IMG/VR virus record: IMGVR_UViG_2700989400_000002
Length of the DNA: 35,737 nucleotides
Source of the DNA: a virus
Lineage: Duplodnaviria > Heunggongvirae > Uroviricota > Caudoviricetes
Strand: one strand, 5' to 3'
The position numbers were made by a program, and so were the translations under genes. Every line of letters starts with the position of its first letter. Position 1 is the stretch's first letter. The notes under the pieces are model-generated. The model was not told the origin of the DNA. It worked only from the letters and a program-made list of their open reading frames with translations, and did not search any database. Shown one piece after another: positions 7,992 through 18,113 of the stretch.

Positions 7992-9929
7992 ATGATTGCT
8001 GGAGTTTTTATAAGGAACTTTAAAACATACCAGGGGATAAATTACGTTCCTGTAAGTGATTCATCAAACTTGAGTGGTTTTCTTGGAAATAATGGCATTG
8101 GCAAAAGTTCTGTTTTAGAAGCATTGGATTGTGTATTTAATGATAGTTCATGGAACTTAAATATTGTTGTTAAGAAAAGTGGGTTAGAAAAAACAGAACC
8201 ATATATTGTCCCATTTTTTATCCTTGAACATGACTTTTTTGATAGTCTTCATCTACCATATGCACAAACATTAGATAAAATAGCTAGGACTATAACTGTT
8301 GATGACTCAACAAATCCTGCAACCAAATCGATAATAAGTGATTTTATTCATCATCGAGATAGGATTATTTCCAGAGGGGATGTGGATGGGAAGTTTTTAA
8401 TTCCTATAGGCCAAAACCATGAAGGAAAGATTTCCCTTTCTGTATTTAAGTCGAAGGTTATATCTTTCATGGATGAAAATGAGTTTGGAATCGAGTTTGA
8501 TAATTTGATTGAGTCTGAAGAGTATGTATCTTTATTTCAATCCTTATATATATACATATGTAATGCCTTGGAGTATCTTTATATACCGAAGGAGATTGAT
8601 AGCGAGTCTTTCACAAAGTTAGAAAGTATGGGGACTCAGGTACTCATGGGAGAATCCTTACATAAAATTTTGGATAGGATTGTTGGTGATAGCACTGTTT
8701 CCCAGATTAATAAAGAGTTAAATGGGTTTCTTGAAGATATATCTGGAAAGTTAATTAGTTATTCATATCGCACACCTACAGACAGACAAAAAAGGATTCA
8801 AAAGCGAGAGGTTTATAATCTTATTATAGAAGCCTTCTTCAATGTAAGAAAACTTCATAAAAATCAAGGCTCTGATTATTATCTGGAGATTAATTCTTTA
8901 AGTTCAGGTGAAAAGCAAAAAGCAATTATTGATGTTGCGCATGCTTTATTAACAAAACACCGCCAAGATGGAGGGCGTTTAATTATTGCAATTGATGAGC
9001 CTGAGTCATCACTGCATATGTCTGCGTGCTTTGAGCAATTTAATGCTCTTGCTGAATTGAGCCATAATTGCAGGCAGTTATTGTTCTCATCACATTGGTA
9101 TGGATTCTTACCTACTTTAGATTGCGGTTGCGTAACAATAATAACAAAGAAGGATTCAGAGCATAAGTTTGACTTAATTAATCTTGCTTCTTATCGCGAA
9201 GAGGTCAGGCAGTTAATAAGCTCAACTAATGGGAAAATGCCATTTGATATAAGGATAAAGAGTATCAATGATTTTATTCAGTCTATTGTAACCAGTGCTA
9301 CAGGAGATAATCCATATAACTGGATTATATGTGAGGGTACGTCTGAAAAAGTTTACTTGTCAGATTATTTCAAAGACCTTATGTGCGAAAGGAATCTTAG
9401 GATAATTCCGGTTGGTGGTGCAAAAGAGGTTAAAAGGATTTATGAGCAATTGGCTGCTTGTCATAAAGATATATCTGCGGAGTTGACTGGTGTTATTTAT
9501 TTATTATCAGATACCGATGTACAGCAAGTAAAATATCCAGTTGAGAAGTTGAAGAATATTTACTGTAAAAGAATTGTTTTCGATAAATCTGTGGGGAAAA
9601 CCGTTTTAGTAGATATAAATGGTAATCCTTCGTCACCTGCGACTGCCATAGAAGATTGTCTTAATGGGCAGGTGTTTCATCGAACTTTAATGACATATGT
9701 TTCTACTTATCCTCAGATTAGCTTTATCGCTACAGCACCAGTTAATGATTGTGATAATGAATCATTTAATTATTATGATCTTAGAACTTCTGAAAAGGAT
9801 GCTATCTTGGGTTTTTTTGCTGAGAATAATATGAAGTATGAATTTGCGCTGAAGTATAACTCTGAAAAATGCGATAGTGACTCAGTACCAGATTGGATTC
9901 AGAATGTAAAGGAAACGTTTCTGAAGTAA
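7992..9929 (+). CDS. OLD-family-like nuclease candidate: ABC-type ATPase plus C-terminal Toprim (646 aa)
   Basis: Walker A GNNGIGKS (8085..8108), signature-like LSSGEK, Walker B/D-loop LIIAIDEPESSLH (about 8980..9010), Toprim-like ICEGTSEK (E-G at 9333..9338) and LLSDTD (9510..9518); AT-rich. Start taken at ATG 7992 (RBS aagagg); the ORF track begins at GTG 7983. Confidence 0.65.
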   Translation: MIAGVFIRNFKTYQGINYVPVSDSSNLSGFLGNNGIGKSSVLEALDCVFNDSSWNLNIVVKKSGLEKTEPYIVPFFILEHDFFDSLHLPYAQTLDKIARTITVDDSTNPATKSIISDFIHHRDRIISRGDVDGKFLIPIGQNHEGKISLSVFKSKVISFMDENEFGIEFDNLIESEEYVSLFQSLYIYICNALEYLYIPKEIDSESFTKLESMGTQVLMGESLHKILDRIVGDSTVSQINKELNGFLEDISGKLISYSYRTPTDRQKRIQKREVYNLIIEAFFNVRKLHKNQGSDYYLEINSLSSGEKQKAIIDVAHALLTKHRQDGGRLIIAIDEPESSLHMSACFEQFNALAELSHNCRQLLFSSHWYGFLPTLDCGCVTIITKKDSEHKFDLINLASYREEVRQLISSTNGKMPFDIRIKSINDFIQSIVTSATGDNPYNWIICEGTSEKVYLSDYFKDLMCERNLRIIPVGGAKEVKRIYEQLAACHKDISAELTGVIYLLSDTDVQQVKYPVEKLKNIYCKRIVFDKSVGKTVLVDINGNPSSPATAIEDCLNGQVFHRTLMTYVSTYPQISFIATAPVNDCDNESFNYYDLRTSEKDAILGFFAENNMKYEFALKYNSEKCDSDSVPDWIQNVKETFLK

Positions 9930-9934
9930 GAATG

Positions 9935-9959
9935 ATAGAGGCATTATACATGCCTCTAT
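9935..9959. terminator. bidirectional hairpin between convergent cargo gene and Q (stem atagaggcat / atgcctctat)
   Basis: 10-bp perfect inverted repeat with 5-nt loop, flanked by A/T-rich sequence on both sides. Confidence 0.5.
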
Positions 9960-9967
9960 TATATATA

Positions 9968-10987
9968 CTAGAAATTATAATCTTTAAATGCCACAATATC
10001 CTGACCGAGCCAGCCGTTTATTTCCCGAATCCTGTCCTGTAGCGGGATAAGCTCATTGCGGACAAAGACCTTTGCCACTTTCTCAATATCACCCAGCGAC
10101 CCGACGTTCTCCGGCTTGCCGCCCATCAACTGAAAGGGGATGCGGTGCGCGTCCAGCAGGTCAGCGGCGCTGGCTTTTTTGATATTAAAAAAATCGTCCT
10201 TCGTTGCCACTTCACTGAGCGGGATAATTTTAATACCGTCGGCTTTCCCCTGCGGGGCATAGAGAAACAGATTTTTAAAGTTATTGCGGCCTTTCGACTT
10301 AACCATGTTTTCGCGAAGCATTTCGATATCGTTGCGATCCTGCACGGCATCGGTGACGTACATGATGTATCCGGCATGTGCGCCATTTTCGTAATACTTG
10401 CGGCGGAACAGCGTGGCCGACTCATTCAGCCAGGCAGAGTTAAGGGCGCTGAGATATTCCGGCAGGCCGTACAGCTCCTGATTAATATCAGGCTCCAGCA
10501 GGTGAAACACGGAGCCGGGCGCGAAGGCTGTCGGCTCGTTGAAGGACGGCACCCACCAGTAAACATCCTCCTCCACGCCACGGCGGGTATATTTTGCCGG
10601 TGAGGTTTCCAGTCTGATGACCTTACCGGTGGTGCTGTAACGCTTTTCCAGAAACGCATTACCGAACACCAGAAAATCCAGCACAAAGCGGCTGAAATCC
10701 TGTTGCGAAAGCCACGGATGCGGGATAAATGTCGAGGCCAGAATATTGCGTTTAACGTAAATCGGTGAGCTGTGATGCACGGCAGCACGCAGGCTTTTCG
10801 CCAGACCGGTAAAGCTGACCGGTGGCTCATACCATCTGCCGTTACTGATGCACTCGACGTAATCCAGAATGTCACGGCGGTCGAGTACCGGCACCGGCTC
10901 GCCAAAGGTGAATGCTTCCATTTTCGGGGAGCTGGCGGTCATTTTTTTTGCCGCAGGTTGCGGTGTTTTCCCTTTTTTCTTGCTCAT
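9968..10987 (-). CDS. Q: portal protein (339 aa)
   Basis: P2 gpQ-like size and position; start overlaps the P stop by 1 nt. Confidence 0.85.
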   Translation of the reverse strand: MSKKKGKTPQPAAKKMTASSPKMEAFTFGEPVPVLDRRDILDYVECISNGRWYEPPVSFTGLAKSLRAAVHHSSPIYVKRNILASTFIPHPWLSQQDFSRFVLDFLVFGNAFLEKRYSTTGKVIRLETSPAKYTRRGVEEDVYWWVPSFNEPTAFAPGSVFHLLEPDINQELYGLPEYLSALNSAWLNESATLFRRKYYENGAHAGYIMYVTDAVQDRNDIEMLRENMVKSKGRNNFKNLFLYAPQGKADGIKIIPLSEVATKDDFFNIKKASAADLLDAHRIPFQLMGGKPENVGSLGDIEKVAKVFVRNELIPLQDRIREINGWLGQDIVAFKDYNF

Positions 10988-12759
10988 CAGTAAAACTCCA
11001 GAATGGTGGATGTCAGCGGGGTGCTGATACCGGCGGTGAGTGGCTCATTTAACAGGGCGTGCATGGTCGCCCAGGCGAGGTCGGCGTGGCTGGCTTCCTC
11101 GCTGCGGCTGGCCTCATAGGTGGCGCTGCGTCCGCTGCTGGTCATGGTCTTGCGGATAGCCATAAACGAGCTGGTGATGTCGGTGGCGCTGACGTCATAT
11201 TCCAGACAGCCACGGCGGATAACGTCTTTTGCCTTGAGCACCATTGCGGTTTTCATTTCCGGTGTGTAGCGGATATCGCGCGCGGCGGGATAGAACGAGC
11301 GCACGAGCTGGAACACGCCGACACCGAGGCCGGTGGCATCAATACCGATATATTCGACGTTGTATTTTTCGGTGAGTTTGCGGATGGATTCCGCCTGAGT
11401 GGCAAAGTCCATGCCTTTCCACTGGTGACGCTCAAGTATTCTGAATTTGCCACCGGCCACCACCGGCGGTGCCAGTACCACGCATCCGGCACTGTCGCCA
11501 CGGTGTGACGGGTCGTAACCAATCCATACCGGGCGGGAGCCGAACGGATTCGCGGCAAACGGCGCATAGTCTTCCCATTCTTCCAGCGTGTCGACCATGC
11601 AGCGTTGCAGCTCCTCGAACGGGAACACCGACGCCTTGTCGTCAACAAATTCACACATGAACAGGTTTTTAAAATCGTCGGCGCTGTTTTCGCGTTTAAG
11701 CTGCTCAATGTCGAACAATGTGCAGCCGCCTTTCAGGGCGTCCTCAATGGTGACAATCTGCCGCCACTGGCCGTCCGCACAGAGAAGCCCACCGGCAAGG
11801 GCGTTATGACTGACGTCGATTTCCACGCGTTCGGCGGCGCTGGCGCGTCCCCGGTTAAACAGTTCACCGGACCAGAACGGGTAGGCGTCGTGCGCCAGCG
11901 TGGACGGGGTGGAGAAATAGGTTGAGCGCAGGTGACTCTGTGAGGCCATACCTGATGCCACCTTACGCAGCACCTGAAAATTCGGGATCCAGAAAATCTC
12001 GTCGACGTACAGGTCGCCGTTATGGCTCTGTGCGGTGTTGGAGTTGGTGCCGAGAAAAATCAGTTTTGCGCCGTTATTGCCCAGGACAATCGGGTCACCG
12101 GTCAGGTCAACGTCAACCAGCCGGGCAAAGGCGATAATGTATTCGCGGAACACATACGCCTGCGTTTTACTGGCCGACAGAAAAATCTGGTTATGACCGG
12201 TTTTCAGGGCGCGCAGCAGCGCCTCGCGGGAAAAATAAAACGTCGCGCCAATCTGGCGGGATTTCAGGATATCGCGGATGCGGTGCTCAAGCCCGGCGCG
12301 ATACCAGTGCAACTGATATTCGAAAGACTGCTCAAAGAAAATCTGCTCCAGCTTTTCGATGGCCTCGTCACTGAAAAAATTCTTTTTCGGTTTGCGACGC
12401 CCGCCTTTGTTGCGGTTAGCGACGTTCGGATTAAGGTCTGCCTCGTTGCCGGTCTGACTGTAACGGTTGACCCGTGCCAGTCGTTCAATCTGGCGTCCGA
12501 GCAGGTCAATTTCCTTGAAGTCACCGCCGGTTTTCTGCGGTTTGATGATGAGCTGGGTCAGCCGCGCTTCCAGACTCATTTCGACACGGCTGATGGGGGC
12601 AACGCTGTCCCAGCCGTCGCGCTGTTTCCAGCTCTGCACCGTCGGGCGTTTCATCTGCAACATGGCGGCAATCTGCGGCACGGAAAATCCCTGCCAGTAC
12701 AGCAGCGCCGCCTGACGACGCGGGTCGTGTAAAAGAGTGGTGTCTGTGGTGATGGTCAT
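10987..12759 (-). CDS. P: terminase large (ATPase) subunit (590 aa)
   Basis: ATG at 12759 (MTITTDTTLLHDPRRQAALLYWQGF) gives 590 aa as in P2 gpP; divergent from O. Confidence 0.85.
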   Translation of the reverse strand: MTITTDTTLLHDPRRQAALLYWQGFSVPQIAAMLQMKRPTVQSWKQRDGWDSVAPISRVEMSLEARLTQLIIKPQKTGGDFKEIDLLGRQIERLARVNRYSQTGNEADLNPNVANRNKGGRRKPKKNFFSDEAIEKLEQIFFEQSFEYQLHWYRAGLEHRIRDILKSRQIGATFYFSREALLRALKTGHNQIFLSASKTQAYVFREYIIAFARLVDVDLTGDPIVLGNNGAKLIFLGTNSNTAQSHNGDLYVDEIFWIPNFQVLRKVASGMASQSHLRSTYFSTPSTLAHDAYPFWSGELFNRGRASAAERVEIDVSHNALAGGLLCADGQWRQIVTIEDALKGGCTLFDIEQLKRENSADDFKNLFMCEFVDDKASVFPFEELQRCMVDTLEEWEDYAPFAANPFGSRPVWIGYDPSHRGDSAGCVVLAPPVVAGGKFRILERHQWKGMDFATQAESIRKLTEKYNVEYIGIDATGLGVGVFQLVRSFYPAARDIRYTPEMKTAMVLKAKDVIRRGCLEYDVSATDITSSFMAIRKTMTSSGRSATYEASRSEEASHADLAWATMHALLNEPLTAGISTPLTSTILEFY

Positions 12760-12932
12760 GAATACCTCGCCGTGATGAATACACGGCAAGGCTACTGAGT
12801 CGCGCCCCGCGATTCGCTAAGGTGCTGTTGTGTCAGTGATAAGCCATCCGGGACTGATGGCGGAGGATGCGCATCGTCGGGAAACTGATGCCGACATGTG
12901 ACTCCTCTAATCACTATTCAGGACTCCTGACA

Positions 12933-13787
12933 ATGGCAAAAAAAGTCTCAAAATTCTTTCGTATCGGCGTTGAGGGTGACACCTGTGACGGGCGTGTCAT
13001 CAGTGCGCAGGATATTCAGGAAATGGCCGAAACCTTTGACCCGCGAGTCTATGGTTGCCGCATTAACCTGGAACATCTGCGCGGCATCCTGCCTGACGGT
13101 ATTTTTAAGCGTTATGGCGATGTGGCCGAACTGAAGGCCGAAAAGATTGACGATGATTCGGCGCTGAAAGGCAAATGGGCGCTGTTTGCGAAAATCACCC
13201 CGACCGATGACCTTATCGCGATGAACAAGGCCGCGCAGAAGGTCTATACCTCAATGGAAATTCAGCCGAACTTTGCCAATACCGGCAAATGTTATCTGGT
13301 GGGTCTGGCCGTCACCGATGACCCGGCAAGCCTCGGCACGGAATACCTGGAATTCTGCCGCACGGCAAAACACAACCCTCTGAACCGCTTCAAATTAAGC
13401 CCTGAAAACCTGATTTCAGTGGCAACGCCTGTTGAGCTGGAATTTGAAGACCTGCCTGAAACCGTGTTCACAGCCCTGACCGAAAAGGTGAAATCCATTT
13501 TTGGCCGCAAACAGGCCAGCGATGACGCCCGTCTGAATGACGTGCATGAAGCGGTGACCGCTGTCGCTGAGCATGTGCAGGAAAAACTGAGCGCCACTGA
13601 GCAGCGCCTTGCTGAGATGGAAACCGCCTTTTCCGCACTTAAGCAGGATGTGACTGACAGGGCGGATGAAACCAGTCAGGCATTCACCCGCCTGAAAAAC
13701 AGTCTCGACCACACCGAAAGTCTGACCCAGCAGCGCCGCAGCAAAGCCACCGGCGGTGGCGGTGACGCCCTGATGACGAACTGCTGA
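12933..13787 (+). CDS. O: capsid scaffolding protein (284 aa)
   Basis: ATG at 12933 with RBS agga gives 284 aa as in P2 gpO. Confidence 0.85.
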   Translation: MAKKVSKFFRIGVEGDTCDGRVISAQDIQEMAETFDPRVYGCRINLEHLRGILPDGIFKRYGDVAELKAEKIDDDSALKGKWALFAKITPTDDLIAMNKAAQKVYTSMEIQPNFANTGKCYLVGLAVTDDPASLGTEYLEFCRTAKHNPLNRFKLSPENLISVATPVELEFEDLPETVFTALTEKVKSIFGRKQASDDARLNDVHEAVTAVAEHVQEKLSATEQRLAEMETAFSALKQDVTDRADETSQAFTRLKNSLDHTESLTQQRRSKATGGGGDALMTNC

Positions 13788-13845
13788 CCGGCGTCAGTCA
13801 GTCCGGGAAAACCTTCACGATTAACCCTTAATTTCAGGAAAAACT

Positions 13846-14919
13846 ATGCGCCAGGAAACCCGCTTTAAATTTAATGCCTACCTGTCCCGTGTTGCCGAAC
13901 TGAACGGCATCGACGCCGGTGATGTGTCGAAAAAATTCACCGTTGAACCGTCGGTCACCCAGACCCTGATGAACACCATGCAGGAGTCCTCTGACTTTCT
14001 GACCCGCATCAACATTGTGCCGGTCAGCGAAATGAAAGGGGAAAAAATTGGTATTGGTGTCACCGGCTCCATCGCCAGCACCACCGACACCGCCGGTGGC
14101 ACCGAGCGTCAGCCGAAGGACTTCTCGAAGCTGGCGTCAAACAAGTACGAATGCGACCAGATTAACTTCGATTTTTATATCCGCTACAAAACGCTGGACC
14201 TGTGGGCGCGTTATCAGGATTTCCAGCTCCGTATCCGTAACGCCATTATCAAACGCCAGTCCCTTGATTTCATCATGGCCGGTTTTAACGGCGTGAAGCG
14301 TGCCGAAACCTCTGACCGCAGCAGTAATCCGATGCTACAGGATGTGGCGGTCGGCTGGCTGCAGAAATACCGCAATGAAGCCCCGGCGCGCGTGATGAGC
14401 AAGGTCACTGACGAGGAAGGGCACACCACCTCTGAGGTTATCCGCGTGGGTAAGGGCGGTGATTATGCCAGCCTTGATGCACTGGTGATGGATGCGACCA
14501 ACAACCTGATTGAGCCGTGGTATCAGGAAGACCCTGACCTTGTGGTGATTGTGGGGCGTCAGCTACTGGCGGACAAGTATTTCCCCATCGTTAACAAAGA
14601 GCAGGACAACAGCGAAATGCTGGCCGCTGACGTCATCATCAGCCAGAAACGCATCGGTAACCTGCCGGCGGTACGCGTCCCGTACTTCCCGGCGGATGCG
14701 ATGCTCATCACGAAGCTGGAAAACCTGTCCATCTACTACATGGATGACAGCCATCGCCGCGTGATTGAGGAAAACCCGAAACTCGACCGCGTGGAGAACT
14801 ACGAGTCAATGAACATTGATTACGTGGTGGAAGACTACGCCGCCGGTTGCCTGGTGGAAAAAATTAAGGTCGGTGATTTCTCCACACCGGCCAGGGCGAC
14901 CGCAGAGCCGGGAGCGTAA
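13846..14919 (+). CDS. N: major capsid protein (357 aa)
   Basis: Length and position as P2 gpN. Confidence 0.9.
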   Translation: MRQETRFKFNAYLSRVAELNGIDAGDVSKKFTVEPSVTQTLMNTMQESSDFLTRINIVPVSEMKGEKIGIGVTGSIASTTDTAGGTERQPKDFSKLASNKYECDQINFDFYIRYKTLDLWARYQDFQLRIRNAIIKRQSLDFIMAGFNGVKRAETSDRSSNPMLQDVAVGWLQKYRNEAPARVMSKVTDEEGHTTSEVIRVGKGGDYASLDALVMDATNNLIEPWYQEDPDLVVIVGRQLLADKYFPIVNKEQDNSEMLAADVIISQKRIGNLPAVRVPYFPADAMLITKLENLSIYYMDDSHRRVIEENPKLDRVENYESMNIDYVVEDYAAGCLVEKIKVGDFSTPARATAEPGA

Positions 14920-14922
14920 CCG

Positions 14923-15666
14923 ATGACGAGTCCCGCACAGCGCCACATGATGCGGGTCTCGGCAGCGATGACCGCGCAGCGGGAAGCCGCCCCGCTGCGA
15001 CATGCAACTGTCTATGAGCAGATGCTGGTTAAGCTCGCCGCAGACCAGCGCACACTGAAAGCGATTTATTCAAAAGAGCTTAAGGCCGCGAAAAAGCGCG
15101 AACTGCTGCCGTTCTGGTTGCCGTGGGTGAACGGCGTGCTGGAGCAGGGCAAAGGTGCACAGGATGACATTCTGATGACGGTCATGCTGTGGCGTCTGGA
15201 TACCGGCGATATTGCCGGTGCGCTGGAGATTGCCCGTTATGCCCTGAAGTACGGTCTGACCATGCCGGGTAAACACCGCCGCACCCCGCCGTACATGTTC
15301 ACCGAGGAGGTGGCGCTCGCGGCCATGCGCGCTCACGCTGCCGGTGAGTCTGTGGATACCCGCCTGCTGACGGAGACCCTTGAACTGACCGCCACGGCTG
15401 ACATGCCTGATGAAGTGCGCGCAAAGCTGCACAAAATCACCGGTCTGTTTCTGCGTGACGGTGGTGATGCCGCCGGTGCGCTGGCACACCTGCAACGTGC
15501 GACACAGCTCGACTGTCAGGCAGGCGTCAAAAAAGAGATTGAACGACTGGAGCGGGAGCTGAAACCGAAGCCGGAGCCGCAGCCAAAAGCGGCCACCCGC
15601 GCCCCGCGTAAGACCCGGAGCGTGACACCGGCAAAACGTGGACGCCCGAAAAAGAAAGCCAGTTAA
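14923..15666 (+). CDS. M: terminase small (endonuclease) subunit (247 aa)
   Basis: Length and position as P2 gpM; basic C-terminus. Confidence 0.85.
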   Translation: MTSPAQRHMMRVSAAMTAQREAAPLRHATVYEQMLVKLAADQRTLKAIYSKELKAAKKRELLPFWLPWVNGVLEQGKGAQDDILMTVMLWRLDTGDIAGALEIARYALKYGLTMPGKHRRTPPYMFTEEVALAAMRAHAAGESVDTRLLTETLELTATADMPDEVRAKLHKITGLFLRDGGDAAGALAHLQRATQLDCQAGVKKEIERLERELKPKPEPQPKAATRAPRKTRSVTPAKRGRPKKKAS

Positions 15667-15765
15667 CAACCGAATGCGCCCCGCGCCAGGGCGGCACGCC
15701 GGTCAGTGAGGGTGAATCACCTGACACTGCACCGGCGTCCACCGCCCGACTTTTCAGAGGTAGTC

Positions 15766-16275
15766 ATGATGACGCTGATTATTCCGCGAAAGGAGGCTCC
15801 CGTGTCCGGTGAGGGTACGGTGGTCATCCCGCAACCGGCAGGCGACGAGCCGGTGATTAAAAACACGTTCTTTTTTCCCGATATCGACCCGAAGCGCGTC
15901 CGGGAACGTATGCGCCTTGAGCAGACCGTCGCCCCCGCCCGTCTGCGTGAGGCCATCAAGTCAGGCATGGCTGAAACAAATGCGGAGCTGTACGAGTACC
16001 GCGAACAGAAAATTGCCGCCGGTTTTACGCGTCTGGCGGACGTTCCGGCGGACGACATCGACGGTGAAAGCATCAAAGTTTTTTACTACGAGCGCGCTGT
16101 GTGTGCGATGGCGACCGCGTCGCTTTATGAGCGTTACCGCGGCGTGGATGCCAGTGCCAAGGGCGACAAGAAGGCCGACAGCATTGACAGCACCATTGAT
16201 GAGCTGTGGCGGGATATGCGCTGGGCGGTGGCGCGCATCCAGGACAAGCCGCGCTGCATCGTGAGTCAAATCTGA
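15766..16275 (+). CDS. L: head completion/stabilisation protein (169 aa)
   Basis: ATG at 15766 with RBS gagg gives 169 aa as in P2 gpL. Confidence 0.8.
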   Translation: MMTLIIPRKEAPVSGEGTVVIPQPAGDEPVIKNTFFFPDIDPKRVRERMRLEQTVAPARLREAIKSGMAETNAELYEYREQKIAAGFTRLADVPADDIDGESIKVFYYERAVCAMATASLYERYRGVDASAKGDKKADSIDSTIDELWRDMRWAVARIQDKPRCIVSQI

Positions 16276-16478
16276 TGAAGACCTTTGCGCTACAGGGCGA
16301 CACGCTCGACGCCATTTGTGTCCGGTATTACGGGCGCACTGAGGGCGTGGTTGAGACCGTGCTCGCCGCAAATCCGGGACTGGCTGAACTGGGTGCGGTG
16401 CTGCCACACGGCACCGCCGTCGAACTGCCCGACGTTCAGACCGCGCCCGTGGCTGAAACTGTCAATCTGTGGGAGTAA
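16275..16478 (+). CDS. X: tail protein X (67 aa, LysM-like)
   Basis: ATGA overlap with L; 67 aa as in P2 gpX. Confidence 0.8.
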   Translation: MKTFALQGDTLDAICVRYYGRTEGVVETVLAANPGLAELGAVLPHGTAVELPDVQTAPVAETVNLWE

Positions 16479-16481
16479 CGC

Positions 16482-16763
16482 ATGACAGCAGAAGAAAAAA
16501 GCGTCCTGTCGCTTTTCATGATTGGGGTGCTGATTGTTGTCGGCAAGGTGCTTGCCGGTGGTGAACCCATCACCCCGCGTCTGTTTATCGGGCGCATGTT
16601 GCTTGGTGGTTTTGTCTCGATGGTTGCCGGTGTTGTTCTGGTGCAGTTTCCTGACCTGTCACTGCCTGCGGTGTGCGGCATTGGCTCCATGCTGGGTATC
16701 GCCGGTTATCAGGTGATTGAGATTGCCATTCAGCGCCGCTTTAAGGGCAGGGGGAAACCGTAA
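16482..16763 (+). CDS. Y: holin (93 aa)
   Basis: Hydrophobic membrane segments; 93 aa as in P2 gpY. Confidence 0.8.
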   Translation: MTAEEKSVLSLFMIGVLIVVGKVLAGGEPITPRLFIGRMLLGGFVSMVAGVVLVQFPDLSLPAVCGIGSMLGIAGYQVIEIAIQRRFKGRGKP

Positions 16764-17260
16764 TGCCGGTAATTAACACACATCAGAATATCGCCGCCTT
16801 TCTCGACATGCTGGCCGTGTCCGAAGGGACGGCGAATCATCCGCTGACGAAAAACCGGGGCTATGACGTGATAGTCACCGGACTGGACGGGAAGCCGGAA
16901 ATTTTCACCGACTACAGTGACCACCCGTTCGCGTATGGCCGACCGGCGAAGGTGTTTAACCGTCGCGGTGAAAAATCCACGGCCTCCGGTCGCTATCAGC
17001 AGCTTTACCTGTTCTGGCCGCATTACCGCAAACAGCTTGCCCTGCCGGATTTCAGTCCGTTGTCACAGGACAGACTCGCCATTCAGTTGATCCGCGAACG
17101 CGGTGCACTGGATGACATCCGGGAGGGACGCATTGAGCGCGCCATTTCACGCTGTCGCAATATCTGGGCGTCCCTGCCGGGTGCCGGTTACGGTCAGCGT
17201 GAGCATTCACTGGAAAAACTGGTCACCGTCTGGCGTACCGCTGGCGGCGTACCGGCTTAA
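16763..17260 (+). CDS. K: endolysin (165 aa)
   Basis: 165 aa as in P2 gpK; follows the holin with stop-start overlap. Confidence 0.85.
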   Translation: MPVINTHQNIAAFLDMLAVSEGTANHPLTKNRGYDVIVTGLDGKPEIFTDYSDHPFAYGRPAKVFNRRGEKSTASGRYQQLYLFWPHYRKQLALPDFSPLSQDRLAIQLIRERGALDDIREGRIERAISRCRNIWASLPGAGYGQREHSLEKLVTVWRTAGGVPA

Positions 17261-17274
17261 ACGGAGTAAACACC

Positions 17275-17700
17275 ATGAAGAAATTATCCCTTTCACTGAT
17301 GCTGAACGTGTCGCTGGCGCTGATGCTGGCACTGTCCCTGATTTACCCGCAGAGCGTGGCCGTCAGTTTTGTCGCTGCCTGGGCGATTCTGGTGACGGTT
17401 ATCTGTGTGGTTGCCGGTGGTGTCGGCGTGTATGCCACTGAGTATGTGCTGGAACGCTACGGGCGGGAGCTGCCGCCGGAATCGCTGGCCGTGAAGATTG
17501 TCACGTCGCTGTTTTTGCAGCCGGTGCCGTGGCGCAGACGGGCGGCGGCTCTGGTAGTGGTGGTGGCGACGTTTATCTCGCTGGTCGCTGCCGGGTGGAT
17601 TTTTACCGCGCTGATTTATCTTGTGGTGTCGCTGTTTTTCCGGCTGATACGTAAAGCCTGTCGTCAGCGTCTTGAGGGGCGGGAACTATGTCAAAGCTGA
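17275..17700 (+). CDS. lysA: LysA, membrane lysis-timing protein (141 aa)
   Basis: Multi-TM hydrophobic protein; 141 aa as in P2 LysA. Confidence 0.75.
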   Translation: MKKLSLSLMLNVSLALMLALSLIYPQSVAVSFVAAWAILVTVICVVAGGVGVYATEYVLERYGRELPPESLAVKIVTSLFLQPVPWRRRAAALVVVVATFISLVAAGWIFTALIYLVVSLFFRLIRKACRQRLEGRELCQS

Positions 17701-18113
17701 TGATTGTGCTGGTCGTGTTGCTATCGCTGGCGGTGGCCGGTCTGTTTCTGGCGAAGCATGAAAACGCCAGGCTGCGCGTCTCGCTGGACAGGGCGAACAA
17801 TGTCGCCAGCGGGCAGCAGACGACCATCACCATGCTGAAAAATCAGCTTCATGTTGCGCTCACCAGGGCAGACAAAAACGAGCTGGCGCAGGTGGCACTG
17901 CGTCAGGAACTGGAGAACGCCGCGAAGCGTGAAGCACAGCGCGAGAAAACCATCACGAGGTTACTTAATGAAAACGAAGATTTTCGCCGCTGGTACGGCG
18001 CTGACCTGCCTGATGCTGTGCGCCGGTTGCACCAGCGCCCGGCCTGCACCGACGCCAGTGATTGTCGCCAACGCCTGCCCGAAAGTGAGCCTTTGCCCGA
18101 TGCCGGGCAGTGA
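17688..18113 (+). CDS. lysB: LysB, Rz-like inner-membrane spanin (141 aa)
   Basis: N-terminal TM segment plus charged coiled-coil region; 141 aa as in P2 LysB. Confidence 0.75.
   Translation: MSKLMIVLVVLLSLAVAGLFLAKHENARLRVSLDRANNVASGQQTTITMLKNQLHVALTRADKNELAQVALRQELENAAKREAQREKTITRLLNENEDFRRWYGADLPDAVRRLHQRPACTDASDCRQRLPESEPLPDAGQ

Noticed and set aside
10126-12784. Many 60-240-aa ORFs on both strands overlapping Q and P (for example 10145..10603, 10426..10905, 11059..11508, 11253..11708, 12022..12732)
   Set aside because: Shadow ORFs typical of GC-rich coding DNA; they lie antisense or out of frame within the well-supported portal and terminase genes and have no RBS or sensible composition.
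12790-12932. Ogr-type late promoter dyads (TGT-N12-ACA) upstream of the late operons, here and at 19991..20073 and 27401..27500
   Set aside because: Only imperfect matches found by eye (for example TGTTGT-N11-ACA at 20006..20025); I cannot place the activator sites confidently without alignment to P2 late promoters, so no promoter features were called.
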